Positions 47,068-62,500 of a stretch of 64,000 bases of DNA are shown piece by piece (positions within the stretch are counted from its first letter, which is position 1; each line of letters begins with the position of its first letter). The translations under genes were made by a program, and so were the position numbers. Source of the stretch: Styela clava (taxonomy: Eukaryota); NCBI RefSeq assembly GCF_964204865.1, contig NC_135253.1, positions 15,686,001 through 15,750,000 of the forward strand, written 5' to 3'. Below the pieces are notes generated by a model that was not told the DNA's origin, made no database searches, and saw nothing but the letters and a program-made list of their open reading frames with translations.

Positions 47068-50000
47068 ATTTAGAGCTATATTTAGAGAGTGCTTACCCGT
47101 CTGGTGTGAGATTCAGCTTGTGACCGAAGACAATACTTTTCATTCCGGTAGCTGGCGCTTTGGAATGAGTATCGTACAGCGTTTGCAGCCTTAGCATTTC
47201 GGTAGCGCATATATATGGTCTCATGAAAATACGAAGCTTCTGAAGTATGTGCCCAAAGATGGCGCACAACCTGAACATAGTATAGGTTGTGCGCCATCTT
47301 GATGCACATTCTTCGGGAGCGCCGAAAATACTCATGCACTGTCCGGAATTTTGCTTTTTCAAATATGGTAACCCTACTTTAAATGCCATAATGAGACGTA
47401 TAAAAACCATCTCTTTCAATATGCCCGTTATACCTTTTATCACTTGCATTTCCTTTGTTGTTTATTCCGGCCTTTTATTATTGGTAATTTTGATATTCAA
47501 GGTGACTTATAAGGAGAATAGTTGCAGAATTTATGTACTAATTTCGCAAATTGCTTACTAGATAAGAATAAAAAATCTAGACAAACGACATGTGCGAAAT
47601 GTAGCTAGGCTCGATGATGAGCCGTGCAAATTCGAAACTCTGTATCTAAAAGAACATGCGATGTGCAGAGGATTGAAATAATGGAAAATGGAATTAACAA
47701 TAAACGAAGTACTCTCTTTAATATCTGACAATCTTCATCTTCTTAACGAGTTCTTCCACTCATAATTTTTCATTATAGTGGAGAATTGCAGGAGAATATT
47801 CTTGAAGTTTTGAATATTTCGTGATGAAATATTACGAAATATTTGATTCGTGGACTTATTTGAATCATCCAACTCAATTTTTTTTTAAATTTCAAACCAA
47901 AAGTTGTAATTTAAGTGTGCTGCAAACGATTTCATCTATCGTTCTTACCTGAGCTCTGACTTGGCTGATAGGGAGAACTGCACATTCACGCTACTAATCG
48001 ATGTTGATATCGTCCTTGAGTTTCTACTTCACCTTCTGCTTAGAGAAACAATTTTCAATGGAACTAATAAGAAAACAAATTCTATTCGCCGCTTCCTACA
48101 GCAATAAATTCTAAAAAATTCTATTCTAGCCAACGATTAACAAGGCTATGATAATTGCGTATTTGATAACAATACGAAATCTCGTTTCAATAAGTTTGAA
48201 AAGCAAACAACAAAAAAACACGGCGTATTTTTGACTGACGCTGAATCGGGTGCAAGGAAAATAAGGAAAACCTTGACTAACTAGTATGTACGAGAAACGT
48301 ACGAGGCGTACATTTGCCTCTTCGAAAGTTATTTGTTTTCCGCAAAGAAACTCGACAAACGTTTAGGAAATAACATATCATGCGCTTGTTTTAATGTCAT
48401 ATTATTCAAGCATATCCCACTGATAAAGTTTCAGATATGCTTCGTTTGTGCGTTTGGTATGAAATGTTTCCTGAAATGTGCGTATCCGATTTTATGATAC
48501 TATTCCACTCACAGGAAGCTAAACTCCTCTGTACCGGAACATTAATTTTTCAGGAAATGTGAAAACCAAGTAAAATTGAAGCTTGATAATTTGAGTAAAT
48601 CTCATGATATTAACCGCGTATTATATTTTGCTATGTATATGATGGCCTATCTTATATCCGTACTATCCGACCGCAGTTTATTATAGAATATCTCATATTT
48701 ATTCCATAAGCTTAAGTTTTCTTAATTTGGTGATCAAAAACATAAAAAATCTGTTCGATGAGTTTCTTTTCGTCGGTTATGAGCTTGGCTGGATTTACCA
48801 TTGGTCATGGTATGCTAAAGCCTAGTTGCCTCGAAATTCAATTAACTATTCATGTTTAGTCGTTTTTGAATTATAAAGGCTTGTTTCAGAATAAATCAAG
48901 TTTAAAATTTTCTGAAAAATGATAATTTTTCAATTAGATTGAGATTTCTTGTTCCAAATATTATATTATATATAAATACGGTCGAATAAACGAATTTGTC
49001 GAAGTACCCTACCCATCAAACCTTGGGAACAAAATATGCTAGGTTAAACTAATTAATCAGTTGATACTGTAATAATGTTTTTATTTTTTTAAATAAGAGG
49101 AAAATATCGATATATCACTATACTGATTCATTCAAGCAGAACGGGCTTGACAACGCCTAAATCCGACCCAGGCTATGAGACACGATACGCAGCAACAATG
49201 TTTTACCTGTATTATATATATTTTTCTGTTATAACTGCAGATACGGAATTTGTTGTTTGGGGCGACTTTCTGCACCCCTAGATTTGGGGGAGGGGTCAGT
49301 TCACAATTCGAAAGTTGAGTTCTTAATCATACCTTGAAATGTTCTTTCGCGACATATAGAAAACAAAAATCACTTTCATACTGAGATGTCAGGAGATGCA
49401 ACAAAACAATTTAGTGAAAACTTACGCATTTTATTAAAAAGGTGCTAGAAATAAAGTGCGTTGGAAAAGCGAAAATACGGATAGTTCTGGCAATCCTTGT
49501 TTAGCCGATCCCCGATGTTAGAATAGGACATTTGTTAATGCACCGGTTTGCAGCAGTGTATTTAAGTATTGACAGCCGTAATTATATGACGTCATAGTTA
49601 GAATTGTTTTGGTAGAAAGTTCAAGAATATCTGTCATTTCCTGTTGTCTGCTTAGGGCACGAGTTTAGAGCGTTAGTGTTGTTCCTATGCATATTTTAGG
49701 CTTGGCTTGATTAGGATTATTTTAGAGCCTAATTTGCTGTTTTGAATTAATATGTAGAATTATAAAGGTAGCATATGTGCTGGTATTGAGCTTGGTTGTA
49801 TATTGTTTCGATGAAAATGTAATTGTGATTTCTATTTAAACGGTTTCTTTTTCTGTATTAATATAATATTCTGACAAAGAAGCACTGAATTCAATTCAGT
49901 TACCGCAGTTTCGAAAGTATGATTATCACTTTAATTGGAAGTCAATACATATATATCGTTATGTTATTTATTAATTTCATGGACTCGTCCTGTGTACAGG

Positions 50001-50956
50001 TGTATGATTGTTATTTCATGCATTTTTTTTTTTTTGAATTATTAAAAGTTTCGGAACACGAGTATTAACTGCATTGAATTGGAACATAATATTATATCAG
50101 TCTGAAGATTTGAAGATAACTATGAATTTAGTCGTTCACACAATTTCTTTTTACTGTGTGACGGGGATTAATTTTAACAAAAACTATTCAGGGCTGCTTA
50201 CATAATCCATTTGAGCTTGCAATTCTCATTTATTGGCTAGCAAAAATTATAGCTCATTTTTTTTATATAAATAGTTGTTTCGTGCATTGAATATTGTAAT
50301 AAATAAGTCTATGCTATTACAGTAGCTATACTATTTCAAAATCCCACATAGCCATACTAAACAACAAATCTTCTGATAGAATTCCGAACATAGATGTCTT
50401 AAGTAGCGTTTTAAAATGATCAATATCAAATCGCAATATGTCAAAAACAAACAAAAAATGACAGAGCCCAAATAGATTCGAATACACTTATTGACTGCAA
50501 GTGTAACCAACGCATGGCCCATTGGTCGGATCCAGTCGGTAAGGCTGCCTCTGATAGAATTTAATTTTCTACATGAGAATGACATCCAAATTTTGGCTGT
50601 TGTCTTGTGACACAAAAAACACAGTGAATCATGACCATTTATATTTTTCGATTTGATTTATTAGCAGTTCTTATTCAATTCGGTAAAAACAATAGTGGTT
50701 TGATGATGGCCAGTATAGAAGCTATCTTAAAATAAAAACACAGAATCACCACACGAAATCGAAATTACAAAGGTTAGAAACTGGTTAATGTGAGAAAATT
50801 TGAGGAGATTTACCAAGTTAAGTGTTTGCACCCAGGGCTGCCGCAATCTGCAAAGTTTGAAAACAAAACTTTCTAATATTTAGGTCGTTTTAGGTTGTTG
50901 GTTCTGTGTGCTGAAATAGTAGAAATTTAACAAGTGATACTTATTAGAATCAGACC

Positions 50957-53245
50957 ATGCATATCACTACCTGCGAAATGCACACATGCGGCGAGCCGTT
51001 GAGAATCATTGAAACTGGATTTCCAAATATCTCGGGGGAAACAATCTTGGAAAAGATCGCTTACATACGAGAAAATTGCGATGATATAAGGAAGTATGTA
51101 TTTCTGAAATTGCAAAGTTTTTCATATAACTTTTTCTCACAAGGTTAAACTACTAGAGAAACATAAGAACATTACAATGAGGCTAGAATCCAATAGTCAT
51201 GTATTCATTTCTCCCTTCCCTTCTATAGGATATCATCTTGTGGAGTATGCGCACCAAGATGTCGCATAGCCTGAACCCTAACTTGGTACACAATCTGAAT
51301 TCAGGTTGTGTGTCATCTTGGTGCGCATACTCCAGGAGGTCCCATCTTGTTTTATACTAAATAAACATTTAGTACTGCCAGATTGTAGTTGGTATATTTG
51401 GCTTTGGTGGAATTTAAAGTTGTAGTTAAAACTAATGCAAAAATTGTCATATTTCTGGAATTTATTTAGGGTTTTTGATGCATGAGCCTCGTGGACATCA
51501 TGATATGTTTGGAACATTAAGAGTTGAACCAGATTTACCAAATGCTGATGCAGCATTTATATTTATGCAAAATGAAGGATATGGTACAATGTGTGGACAT
51601 GCCATCATCGCCTTGGGAAGGTAGAATGTTATGATTAACAGTTTTGTATATTTTTAAAATACACACATATGCTTGTTTCATGTATATTTTTGTTCATTTT
51701 CACACCTGATAATTTTGGTAGAAATAGTAGTTCAGCTTGCGTGTGTGACAAAATAAATTAGTATTTTTGGAATTGGCTTATGAGGTGGGTTTTTCATCTT
51801 TTCTGTGTTTGCTGAGATAATAACCAATGTTTTCAGATACTGCGTTGATTACAATATAGTTGAAGCAAAAGAGCCAGAAACCTTGGTCAATATTCAATGT
51901 CCATGCGGGCTTATTCCAACCTATGTTTTGTATGGTAATGGTTTATCTGGGAGAGTGAGGTTTCAAAGTGTGCCATCATTTGTTTTGAAAATGGGTAAGA
52001 AGAAAATGCTGGTGTGATTTTTTTTTTGTTATTCAATATGTTACTGTATACAATGTTGGGTAGACCATAGAGTCTCAGCTCAAGTCTCTTAAACGCTCGT
52101 CTGTACATACCAAGGACGAACACAATGCTATACAACACATTACATTGTACACATACCTAGATGTTAGAATATGTAATATATATAAATGGTAATCTCAATA
52201 TAAAGCAGTTTTTGTGCATACCTATTTGAACAACAACATTGTCATTTTCAGATGTCAATGTGAATGTACCAAACATTGGTATGATCACTGTAGACATATC
52301 TTATGGAGGAGTATTCTATGCCTTTGTTTCTACTGACGCACTCGGTTTGACACTCAAGGCTGGTGATGCATTGAAGGCCGTGGAAATTGGGCAAGCTGTA
52401 TTGAATGCCACTAAAAAGATTGTAAGACATACCGGTAACTGTTTGAAGCATTTAAAAATTGCCAAACTTAGATATGAAGGGATTACCTCAAATCAAACTC
52501 ATATTCACAAAAAAGCCTGTAAATCGGTATTTAGGAAGGACAAGTTTTACGGAACAGGGTAACAGTATAATTAATTACCAATACAAAAAAGTTTCCGCCA
52601 TCGTCCTACATTATTTCACATCTTAGTTTTGTAAAACTGCTAATAATGCACAAACATCATAGGTTAAGGTTGAACACCCGGAAAATGAAGATCTTGGTTT
52701 CCTATATGGCACTATAATATATGACAGAACAGAATTAAAATCAAATGATTTGATTCGACAAATGATAGTGTTTGCGGATCGTGAGGTATGTAAAATTACA
52801 CCTTGAATATATATTACTATCAACAACTATTTTCTGGTCTCTTTTATTTAGCAGTTACATTGAAATTGGTGATTTATTTTTTTAAGTTGGATAGAAGCCC
52901 ATGTGGTTCAGGAACAGCAGCTCATATTGCTCTGATACACGCAAAAGGTCTACTGGATGTTAATTGTCAAAAAACATTTCAGAGTATCGTCAATGATTCA
53001 AAGTAAGTACTCTGATGTCTAAAAAGTTATGGAGTGTCCAATTGGTTCTCAATAACTCTTACAATCACTAGCTCATATACGTTTAAATTTTTCCAAGGTT
53101 TACTGGAAAGGTTGTCAAAAAAGCCAAATGCGGAAACTTCAAAGCTGTCATAGCAGAAGTGTCTGGGAATGCCTATTACACAGGCAAAAATTTGTTTACA
53201 TCAGAGGATAAAGACCCCTTAAAGGCTGGTTTCACCGTCCGATGA
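50957..53245 (+). pseudogene. L3HYPDH: Racemase/L3HYPDH-like copy 3, exon-2 acceptor mutated (probable pseudogene)
   Basis: tttaag|g is tttag|gg here (A>G at 51469). The AG moves 1 nt upstream, predicting a +1 frameshift. Also HNEG>QNEG and S>L in exon 3. Confidence 0.7.
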
Positions 53246-54180
53246 TCAGTTGCAAAATTACCTTCAGCAAAAGTGAAAAAATGTATCCGTCAGACAAGGG
53301 TTCTGCGCCTCACATATATATCTCTCACAAAGAAAATTGCTGCTTCTCATTACAGCTGCTAAAATTTACATTTCAATATACATGAAAATATCTTGTGTAT
53401 TCTATCATCGAAGTTACAAAATAGAATTAAGACTAAAATAAGGTGACTGCTTAGTTGCTACTTTTTGTATCCTCGATTTGGCGTGGGGGGCTGTTCACGC
53501 TTAGGGCTGGGCATTTCGAATCGAATATTCGAATCGAATAGTAAATTATTCGAATCGGTTCAGAGCTAAATTTCGAGTCGCCGCCATCTTGTTTTTATCT
53601 TTCCGCTAATGGTCGAGGTGAATTCATAATTTTTTTTTTCATTGGAGTCATATTTTTTCAACGAAATTCTAACATATGACTATTTTCTGTAGTGAGTTAT
53701 TGATAAAACGTGTTTGTTATTCTGTGTGTACGCTCAGTAATCTATCTGAGTGATTTATTTTATGTCTTCAGTAATTCATTTGTTGAGAGAACCAATTACT
53801 ATAATAAAGTCGCTCACAATTATATATTTTCAAGTATTCAAGATTCGATTAGAAAAAATTATTCGATTCGATTCTGAAATCACAAGGTATTCTAAAATGC
53901 CCAGCTCTGTTCACGAGAGCAGAGCAGAGTTCTTTATCATACCTTGGAATGTTCTTTCGAAACATATAAAAAGTAAAAATCGCTTTTATTCCGAGAAGTC
54001 ATGAAATGGAATAAAATAATTTTAATGAAAATTTACACATATACTTATATATAAATTAAAAAGATGCTAGAAATAAAAGCGCATTAAAAAAAGCCAAGAC
54101 TTGTCTAGCCAATACCGGGTGTTAGATCAGACCCTCTGATTGAAGATAACTGGGAATTAAGTCGTCCGGACAATTTATTT

Positions 54181-57100
54181 GAATTTTTGCCTCGTGGAAT
54201 GTCACAAATTGAAAGAAAAAATATTAAAAATTGACCCTGATGTTTTTGTAGACATTTTAACATTACAGGAAGTGAGCAAGAATCTTACACTTGGAGGTCA
54301 GAAAGAGTTGTTAGTGTAAGTAATGTATAAAGTAAATAACATACATGTTATTATGCTGAGAAATGCTTCTTCTGTACAGAAATAGTGATAATTTAAGAAG
54401 GATTAATTAATAGCGATATAGTGATCATCTTTGGTTTCAGAAGTCTGTTATGGGCTTTGAATTTATATGTCATATAAAAAATTAATACTATCAACCTAAG
54501 TCGCATTTTAATAAAAAACACAATTACAAAAACCGACTTTGTCTATAATTTGTGGTACATTGCAAATAATGTATGCTCATTTGAATATAGTCCATGAATG
54601 TTATCAATAAAGTGATTTTATATAGTCTCAGAGAGGCGACATTTTTAGAAATGGAACAGAGTATGGAGTGGTTTTTCTTCTCACGGGATTTGAAGAATTT
54701 GAATATCAAACTGAACAGGTATGTTGCTTATATAACTATATATGTACCATCGATGGTACTTTTTGTATACGATTTTTGCTTAGAAATGCATGTTGTTAAT
54801 AAAGCTATATAAAGTTGAAAGAATGTTTGCAAGCGTCTATTCCACATATTTATAACTTTTTTTCAACTGTTTCTTTAAACTCAGAATTGGATCGCCCGTG
54901 AACTGATGGAATATAGCACTGCCATTTTGTGTCCAAATATTTGTCATTCGATCGTGGAACTAAATAAAGTTATGGAAATTATGTCAAGGCCCAAACATAT
55001 GGAAAAATACGTTGACGATTCGGATGCTGGTCTCATCAGGAATGCTCTGATTAAATATCGAACTCTAGAACAGGCAAATATCTCAATGTTCAAAATATAT
55101 GACGAAACTCAGTCTTCGGAGTTATTTTCATGTGATGCGTTGATGTATTATATATTCAATGTTTAAATTGTTGATCATTTATTAATAGGGCCAATTCCAA
55201 CAACACAGTTATTGAAACGTTGCATCGTTCATAATATCTTTTAATTGATTGCATTTTATTTTCAGGGCAATGTAGGAGACATGACTGCAAAACTGGGAAT
55301 CACGAATCCCCACGAAAACGTGTTAAAAGATCAGAGAGAGGGAGGAGGTGAAACTTTTTGTTTAAAACAATGCAAATGAATTTTGAAAAAATTGTATAAA
55401 CCTTTGACTGGTCATTGAAGTAAAGCATTGCAAAAAAACGGGAATTTTCCATTGGCTCAATTGTTTATAGAACCTAAAATTCTGTGAAGTCTAGTTATTT
55501 CCATATATGAAGAATGGTCAACATGTGCATGTTGACAATGTGAGTGATATAATAAGTTATTACAAAGCGAATTGCATTCAAGAATTTAGTTCTTTAATCT
55601 TGTTTTCAGTAAAATACTTTCGCGAAGACGTTAAGAATATGCTGAAGAAATTGCAAGGCACGCAACAAAGGTATTTTTAGTATAACTAGATTTGAACATT
55701 ACTCTTGTCTTGAATATTTTACCAGAATGTCTCTTTGGGGGTCCATGATGACTGCACAGGGGCTCCGCAACGAAATGCAAAGGCTCTGATCGATCCCTAA
55801 TGATTGATATCAATCAAAAGGCCGTTGCATCTTATTGGTTGAGTGTTGACTAATATCCATTGCTGTCAGAAAAGGCAATTACAATTTTATTGACTTATGT
55901 AACGATCTACATGTGTGAAGATTCATTTTCAGCTTTACCCATATGATGACAAAATACAGGTCGAGACTTGCCGTGGACTCGGACCTACGAGTTTGCTTGT
56001 CACAATGTCGTTTGTGTTGTAAATGAAATATTATCCTTCCCCGTTGGTTTGGCACAGAAATTGATACGGCTTAGGATTGGGGTCCCCGCGGCCTAATAAG
56101 TTTGGGAAGCCCTGTATTTGACAATAACATTTAACAGATTATAATGCAGCAGCACTTAATGAAATAACAAAAAGATTGTGTTTTATTCGAGGGGCCAATA
56201 TATTCTCGTGGATCATATCAAACCAGTTATTGGAAAAAACGTTATGATTTTTTCGGATGAAAATCCAGATCTTACTGTTGTAAACACCGTCACAGAAATT
56301 TCTTCATTCGGAGCCTTCCTCACGTAAGTTTTTAATATTTAAAAAAAACTTTTAATGTTTCCATGATATGTTATGTTTACCTGTAAAAAAACTCTAGCTA
56401 TGGAAGCTGTGCGGCATACTTATACGAAATATATAAATTTTCCGATCATATTATGGTCATAAAGGGGACTTATTTCAGTATATAGAGCAGAGGTGGGCAC
56501 AATTTTTTTAGTATAGGAGCCGCATGCTGCAAGTCAGAACTTTAAAAGAGCCGCAGAATTGGGGAATTTATTATTATTATCAAAATTCCATGAACAGAAA
56601 AAAAATTAACACAAGAGTCTAATAACAATAAATAGATAAACAAGGCAACTATGCTCAAATATATGCACAATTTGAGCTCATTTAATTTGTGTTTCCTTAT
56701 AGCTGATTTACAAGGGTAGTCTCGTAGGAAGTTTTCATGATTCGTTTCATGGTGCCGTTTAACATTGCTGACTTTATTCTGACTTAGTAGCTTATGGCAG
56801 ATTAAGCACAATGGTTTATTCTCCTGACTGGTAAATGAGTATTCTTCTTTCCATTCTGACTTGACAACTCTGTTTTCATCTTCGTACTTTCGTTTCTTAA
56901 TTTAGGATATGCACAGTAACTTAGAGTTAGACTAACTAACTGCAATCAAGCTGCAATACCACCGACGCATCAATAAACATTGACCATCGTGACGAAAGAT
57001 TTGCTGACTTGCCTGACTTAAATTCAACGCTACAGCGATTTTCATACTGAAACATAATTTGTCTTAATCATTGACAAAAACTTCTTTACAATATATTAAA

Positions 57101-57331
57101 AGAGTTTACATTAAAGCCGCCGCGAGCCGCGGTGTGCCCACCACTGATATAGAGCATAGATAGGTCGTGGAGCTCACTAATTTGTATTTGATTTTTTTCT
57201 TTTGCAGTAAAGGAAGAAATATCATAATAAACGAATGCTTTGGAAACATTTCCAGGACGAAGAACTATGGAGTTGACGCAATCAGCACATCTAAAGGCAA
57301 ATTTGCCTTAGATCTCATATTGACGACATGA
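54181..57331 (+). pseudogene. 5'-truncated inverted GSS-like paralog, copy 3
   Basis: Duplicate of 6093-9242. Confidence 0.82.
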
Positions 57332-59516
57332 AATCCGCGTATCAGTTTATATTGGAAGTCAATAACTACCGATTGACGTTGGCAGCTGCATAATACATTA
57401 CTAATATTAATTATTATTAGAATACATAGGACACAATATTTCAGTGGTTCCCAACCTTTCTACCTCCACGGCAGATTTGTCCTTGCAGACCGGCAAATGA
57501 ATGAAACATAACATAATCACCTGTGTTTGAGTAACTGTAGTTGAGTAACAATATTTTGGCACATAATACAACAAAATATAATAGAACACCAAAATCATCT
57601 CAAACAACAAACGACCAATTAAACGCAAATATACACTTTTATTTTAACGCAAAAAATCTTTCACGCATTACCGCAACACACGAAGTGAATAATTCATTCT
57701 TTTCTTTGGAGCACTCATCGCTTTTTTAAATTTGTGAAGTTTTGCGTTATTCACCCATTAACTTGTTAGGTATTCTTATTTTACATTTACATGGCATTTT
57801 CCACGTATTTTGGTGTGAAAAGAACCATCATGCGATACAGTTTATTGCGACCAAACACAAATCTGGGTCGAACATTTATCCTTAAATAATTTGACAGTAT
57901 TTTCCGATGTAAATTTTAAGCAATATTCATTGGAAGTATAAACTTTGTAGCGAGTAACATTCTGTCTATTTTATTATTGAAATACTATTATACTCTGTGA
58001 CATTGTTTACTTTTGTGTGGGACGATGTAAACTATTGCTTATTGTAAACTATGTGAAAATTTAAGTATGTACTTTGCGAATTTGTGAAAATTAACAAAAC
58101 GATTTCGCGACGGATTGAACCTTAAAATTGTGATTCCACGTTGGCCAATACAACGCCGAGCAATCAATACCATGCTTGTCAAACATCCATTTTAACGGCG
58201 GACGACAAATCGCCAAATAAACCGATGTTACTCCATCTGTTTTGCATTCAATCGGTTACACTGACAGAAAAATAAATCAAACAACAACATTTCTCAATTT
58301 AGCCGAACGGTCGGGAACCACCGCCATATATGAATATTACTTACTTTTCACATTATATTAATCGAGAATCAACAGTTTTTACCTAAGTCATTATATCAGA
58401 AAGTAAACTCGATAAAGTTGTTTGTGAAGATAAATTAGAATTTTGTTATATATATATCCTACTAAGGCTAGTTTCAGTGTCGATTTATGCATTTGTAAAT
58501 ATTTACCATACAAAATGTATAACTAATAAATGTCTAATCAAGTCAGAATGATGTTTTTCCTTTTCTATATTAATTCTTGTATTTGCAAATCAACTAAACA
58601 AAGAAGCAATGCTCAAATACATATAGGCACAAAAGTCAAATCACTACGCCAAAAATACTATCTTAGAATGAAATTATCTTGTTTTCAACGCCGTTCTCAG
58701 TAATGTCCTTGTTCCACAGAGACAAATATTACATTTGTTTCATATTTCTGAATGTCGCTACAGTCTTGTTGTAGGAAAAAGGTATAATTCCGCGTGACAT
58801 TTATCTTAACCATGCAACATCAAATTTACTTAGTGAGACATTTATTACGTACCTAACCATTTTTTGTTCTTGCTAAAGAAATTGAAATAAGTACAATCTG
58901 CCATATTTCAGTCAAGAAATACTGACTTCCACAACAAGTTAGGAAGCATCTGAAATGATTCGATGTGACGATAGTATAAGGCGAAATTGCTTACTGTCCT
59001 TCCTTTCTTTTTTGTTGTCATATTCCTGTTTCCCCAATATGCATGTAAATTCAATAACCTTTGACAAATAATGACGGAAAATGACAAAGTTTATTGTGAA
59101 ATATATAGTTAATTTGAAAATAAAATAAAATTAGAATACTGTTGGCGACTTCTTACGTCTATGACCACTGAAAATGTAAAATTGATTGGTTCATTAGCTG
59201 TGGTGAAACCCGCAACCTTCTCGTCATTCAAAATGTCGCTCCAGCAGCAAAACTGTACACTTTTACAAAAACATACATATGAACTTTCGTGTCCAATAAA
59301 TGCATGAAGAATAGGAAAAATCAAAATATGATTGTTTCTGATGGTACCAATAGCCAGATCAAGCATTTCGTATTTATGATACTCAACCACGACAAAACGT
59401 GTAATAAAGAATGACAATGGCAATCGAAAATTCAATTTTTGTTTGTAAATCTTGTGGTTTTTGGGTTATATAATTATTATGCAGTCGCCAACGTCAATCG
59501 ATAGGTCCTAAATCGA

Positions 59517-62500
59517 TCATGTAATTAATATGAGATCTAAAGCAAAATTGCCTTTAGATGTGCTGATTCCGTCAACTCCATATTGCTTCGTCCTAGAAAT
59601 GTTTCCAAAGCATTCATCCATTATGATATTTCTTCCTTTTCTGCAAAAGAAAAAAATCGAATACAAATTAGTGATCTTCTTAGCTACTCCATGCTCCATA
59701 TACTGAAATAAGAAAACCTTTTTTATGACCATGACACAATCGAAAAATTTATTTGTTTTGAAGTATGCCGCATATTTCCATAGCTAGAGCTGTTTTACAG
59801 GATAACATAACATATCATGGGAACTTTAAAAGTTTTTTCAAATATGAAAAACGATATAGGATGTTACTCACGCCAGAAAGGCTCCGAATGATGAAATTTC
59901 TGTGACAGTGTTTACAACAGTAAGATCTGGATTTTCATCCAAAAAAATCATAACGTTTCTTCCAATAACTGGTTTGATATGATCCACGAGAATATATTGG
60001 CCCCTCAAATAAAATACAATCCTCTTGTTATTCCACTAAGTGTTGCTGATACACATTATAATCTGTTAAATGTTATTGTCTAATTCTAATACATTTATTT
60101 CATGTGCGATCGATGTGCTCCGGTGCTATGAGGGCTAAGAGTTTATAGTGCTGATAGTTTTTTGCAGCATGAGAGACATTCTGTTGAAATAATCAAAAAC
60201 CAAGTAATGTTTGAATCTAGTTATACTAAAAATACCTTTGTTGTGTGCCTTGTAGTTTCTCCAGCATTTCTTTAACGTCTTTGCGAAAGTATTTTACTGA
60301 AAACAAGATTAATTAACTGAATTCATGAATGCAATTTGCTTTGTAATAACCTATTATATCACGTACATTTTGTTAAAGTCGACAGACACATGTTGACCCA
60401 TTTGTTTTTTTGCAATACTTTACTTCAATAACCAGCCAAAGGTTTATACAATTTTTTTTTAATTCACTTGCATTATTTCAAACAAAAATATTCCACCTCC
60501 GCCCTCTCTCTGATCTTTTAACACATATTCGTGGGGATTCGTGATTCCCAGTTTTGCATTCCTGTCGCCTACATTGCCCTGAAAATAAAAAGCAATTGTA
60601 GAAGATATCATGAGCGATGCAACGTTTCAATAACTACGTTGTTGCAATTGCCCTTTTTTGAATGAGCAACAGTTCGAACATAGAATTAATTGAATATCAA
60701 TGCATCTACATCAATGCATCACAAAGATAACTCCCAAGTCTGCGTTTTGTCATATATTTTGAACATTTACATATTTACCTGTTCTAAAGTTCGATATTCG
60801 ACCAGTGCATTCCTGATAAGACCAGCATCCAAATTGTCAACGTATTTCTCTATATGTTTGGGTCTTGACATAACTTCCATAACCTTATTTAGTTCCACGA
60901 TCGAATGACAAATATTTGGACACAAAATGGCAGTACTATATTCCATCAGTTCACGGGCGATCCAATCCTAAGTTAAAATAAAACAGCTGATTCGAATTTT
61001 AAAATTTGTGAAATAGAAGCATGCAAATATTCTTCCAGCTCTATATTGCTTTATTAAACGTCTTAAATAGCGACAACATTTAAACGAATCTTAAATATTT
61101 TAACATCATGTTCATCCGAAAATCTGAAGACGCTCGAAAAAATGAGAGTTTCATAAAACGATAAATAACATTTATGAGGACATTGCAAATTGAAATGCTT
61201 TTTACGTAAGTACGGATCCTAACAGCATGCTCAAAACAAACGGGAGATCTGAAATATTTCTGAGGAAAAATCGTATACATTTATACCATCGATGGTTATG
61301 GCTGGTCATTTTTGAATACCTGATGATTTCAGAATCGAATCAAATAACTTTTTCAAATCGAATCGAAAATACTTTTTTTCATGTTACAATACAATTACAT
61401 GTACATTGGCATGCACATTACATGTTCATTGAGGTATTTTTACTGTCATGAAGATATCTTTTCTCGTTAGCTACCAGTTTCAGTACTGGCATTTCTTTGG
61501 TATCGTCCTATTACTAAACCTAATATGTCAAAATCGAAATCAAAATCAAATCAAAATCAAATCAATCTAATCAAAATCGAATGCAATACTTGGAACATTT
61601 ATAATTGTATGTAACTTTCCTATTGTATTGGGTCCTCCAGACACATAAATTACTGGAAACGAAAAATACATCACTCAGACAGATTGCTGAGCGTTCACAC
61701 ACCATGAAAAACACGTTTTCATCAATACCTCACTGCAGAAAAGAGTCTCATGTCAGGGTTCCGTTGAAAAAATATGGCTTCAATAAAAAAAAATGAGAAA
61801 TTTACCTCGACTATTGACGGCAAGGAAAAAAACAAGATGGCGGCGATTTGAAATTTCTCTCTGAACCGATTTGAATATTTTACTATTCGATTCGAATATT
61901 CGATTCGAAATGCCCAGCCCTATCGATGGTATAAATGTATAGTTATAAAATCAACATACTTGTTCAGTTTGATATTTTTGTTCTTCAAATCCCATGAGAA
62001 GAAATACAACTCCATACTCTATTTCATTTCTAAAAACATCGCCTTTTTAGAATATATAAAATCACTTTATTGATAACAATTTAGAAACTATATGCAAATG
62101 GGCACATTTGCAATGTGCCACAAATTATACGCAAATCAGGTTTTTCTGATTGGGATATTAAGGAAATGTGACTAAGGTTAATAGTATGAATTTTTTATGT
62201 GACATATACATGCAATACGAATAACAACCCCAGAAACAAAATATCTCTATATTCCTTCTAATCCTTTATAAATCAATCAATCAATCAAATCGTTTTTTAT
62301 CAGCCATCCCGGCAAAGCTGGACATAAATGAAAACAATTGAGATCACAAAAATAAGCAGGATATCCGCGAAATGACTATTCGGTCTACTCGTCAGCGGCA
62401 ACCTTAAAATAGCTTAAAACTTGAATACAAAATTTGCACAGCGCGAAAATTTTTTATGCGAGAACAGCATCGCCCAAGATGACGCTGAAAAGCAATAATA

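Larger units (their letters stand above)
44453..47376 (+). mobile_element. hAT transposon (Blackjack-like TIR) with decayed transposase, containing two nested MITEs
   Basis: TIRs tagggttgccata / tatggtaacccta; subterminal tccgga repeats; perfect 8-bp TSD ctttaaat; empty site at about 21537-21544. Confidence 0.93.
22099..48047. repeat. Tandem segmental duplication unit, copy 2 (longer: 2.9-kb hAT insertion plus extra segments of about 0.6, 0.2 and 0.12 kb)
   Basis: Colinear and near-identical to 1-22098 apart from indels at about 33478-34070, 35980-36196, 44453-47376 and 47771-47890. Confidence 0.97.

Noticed and set aside
45280-47561. Active transposase or cargo genes in the hAT insertion
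   Set aside because: The transposase is frameshifted and truncated; the other ORFs are short, overlap MITE sequence and have no recognisable motifs.
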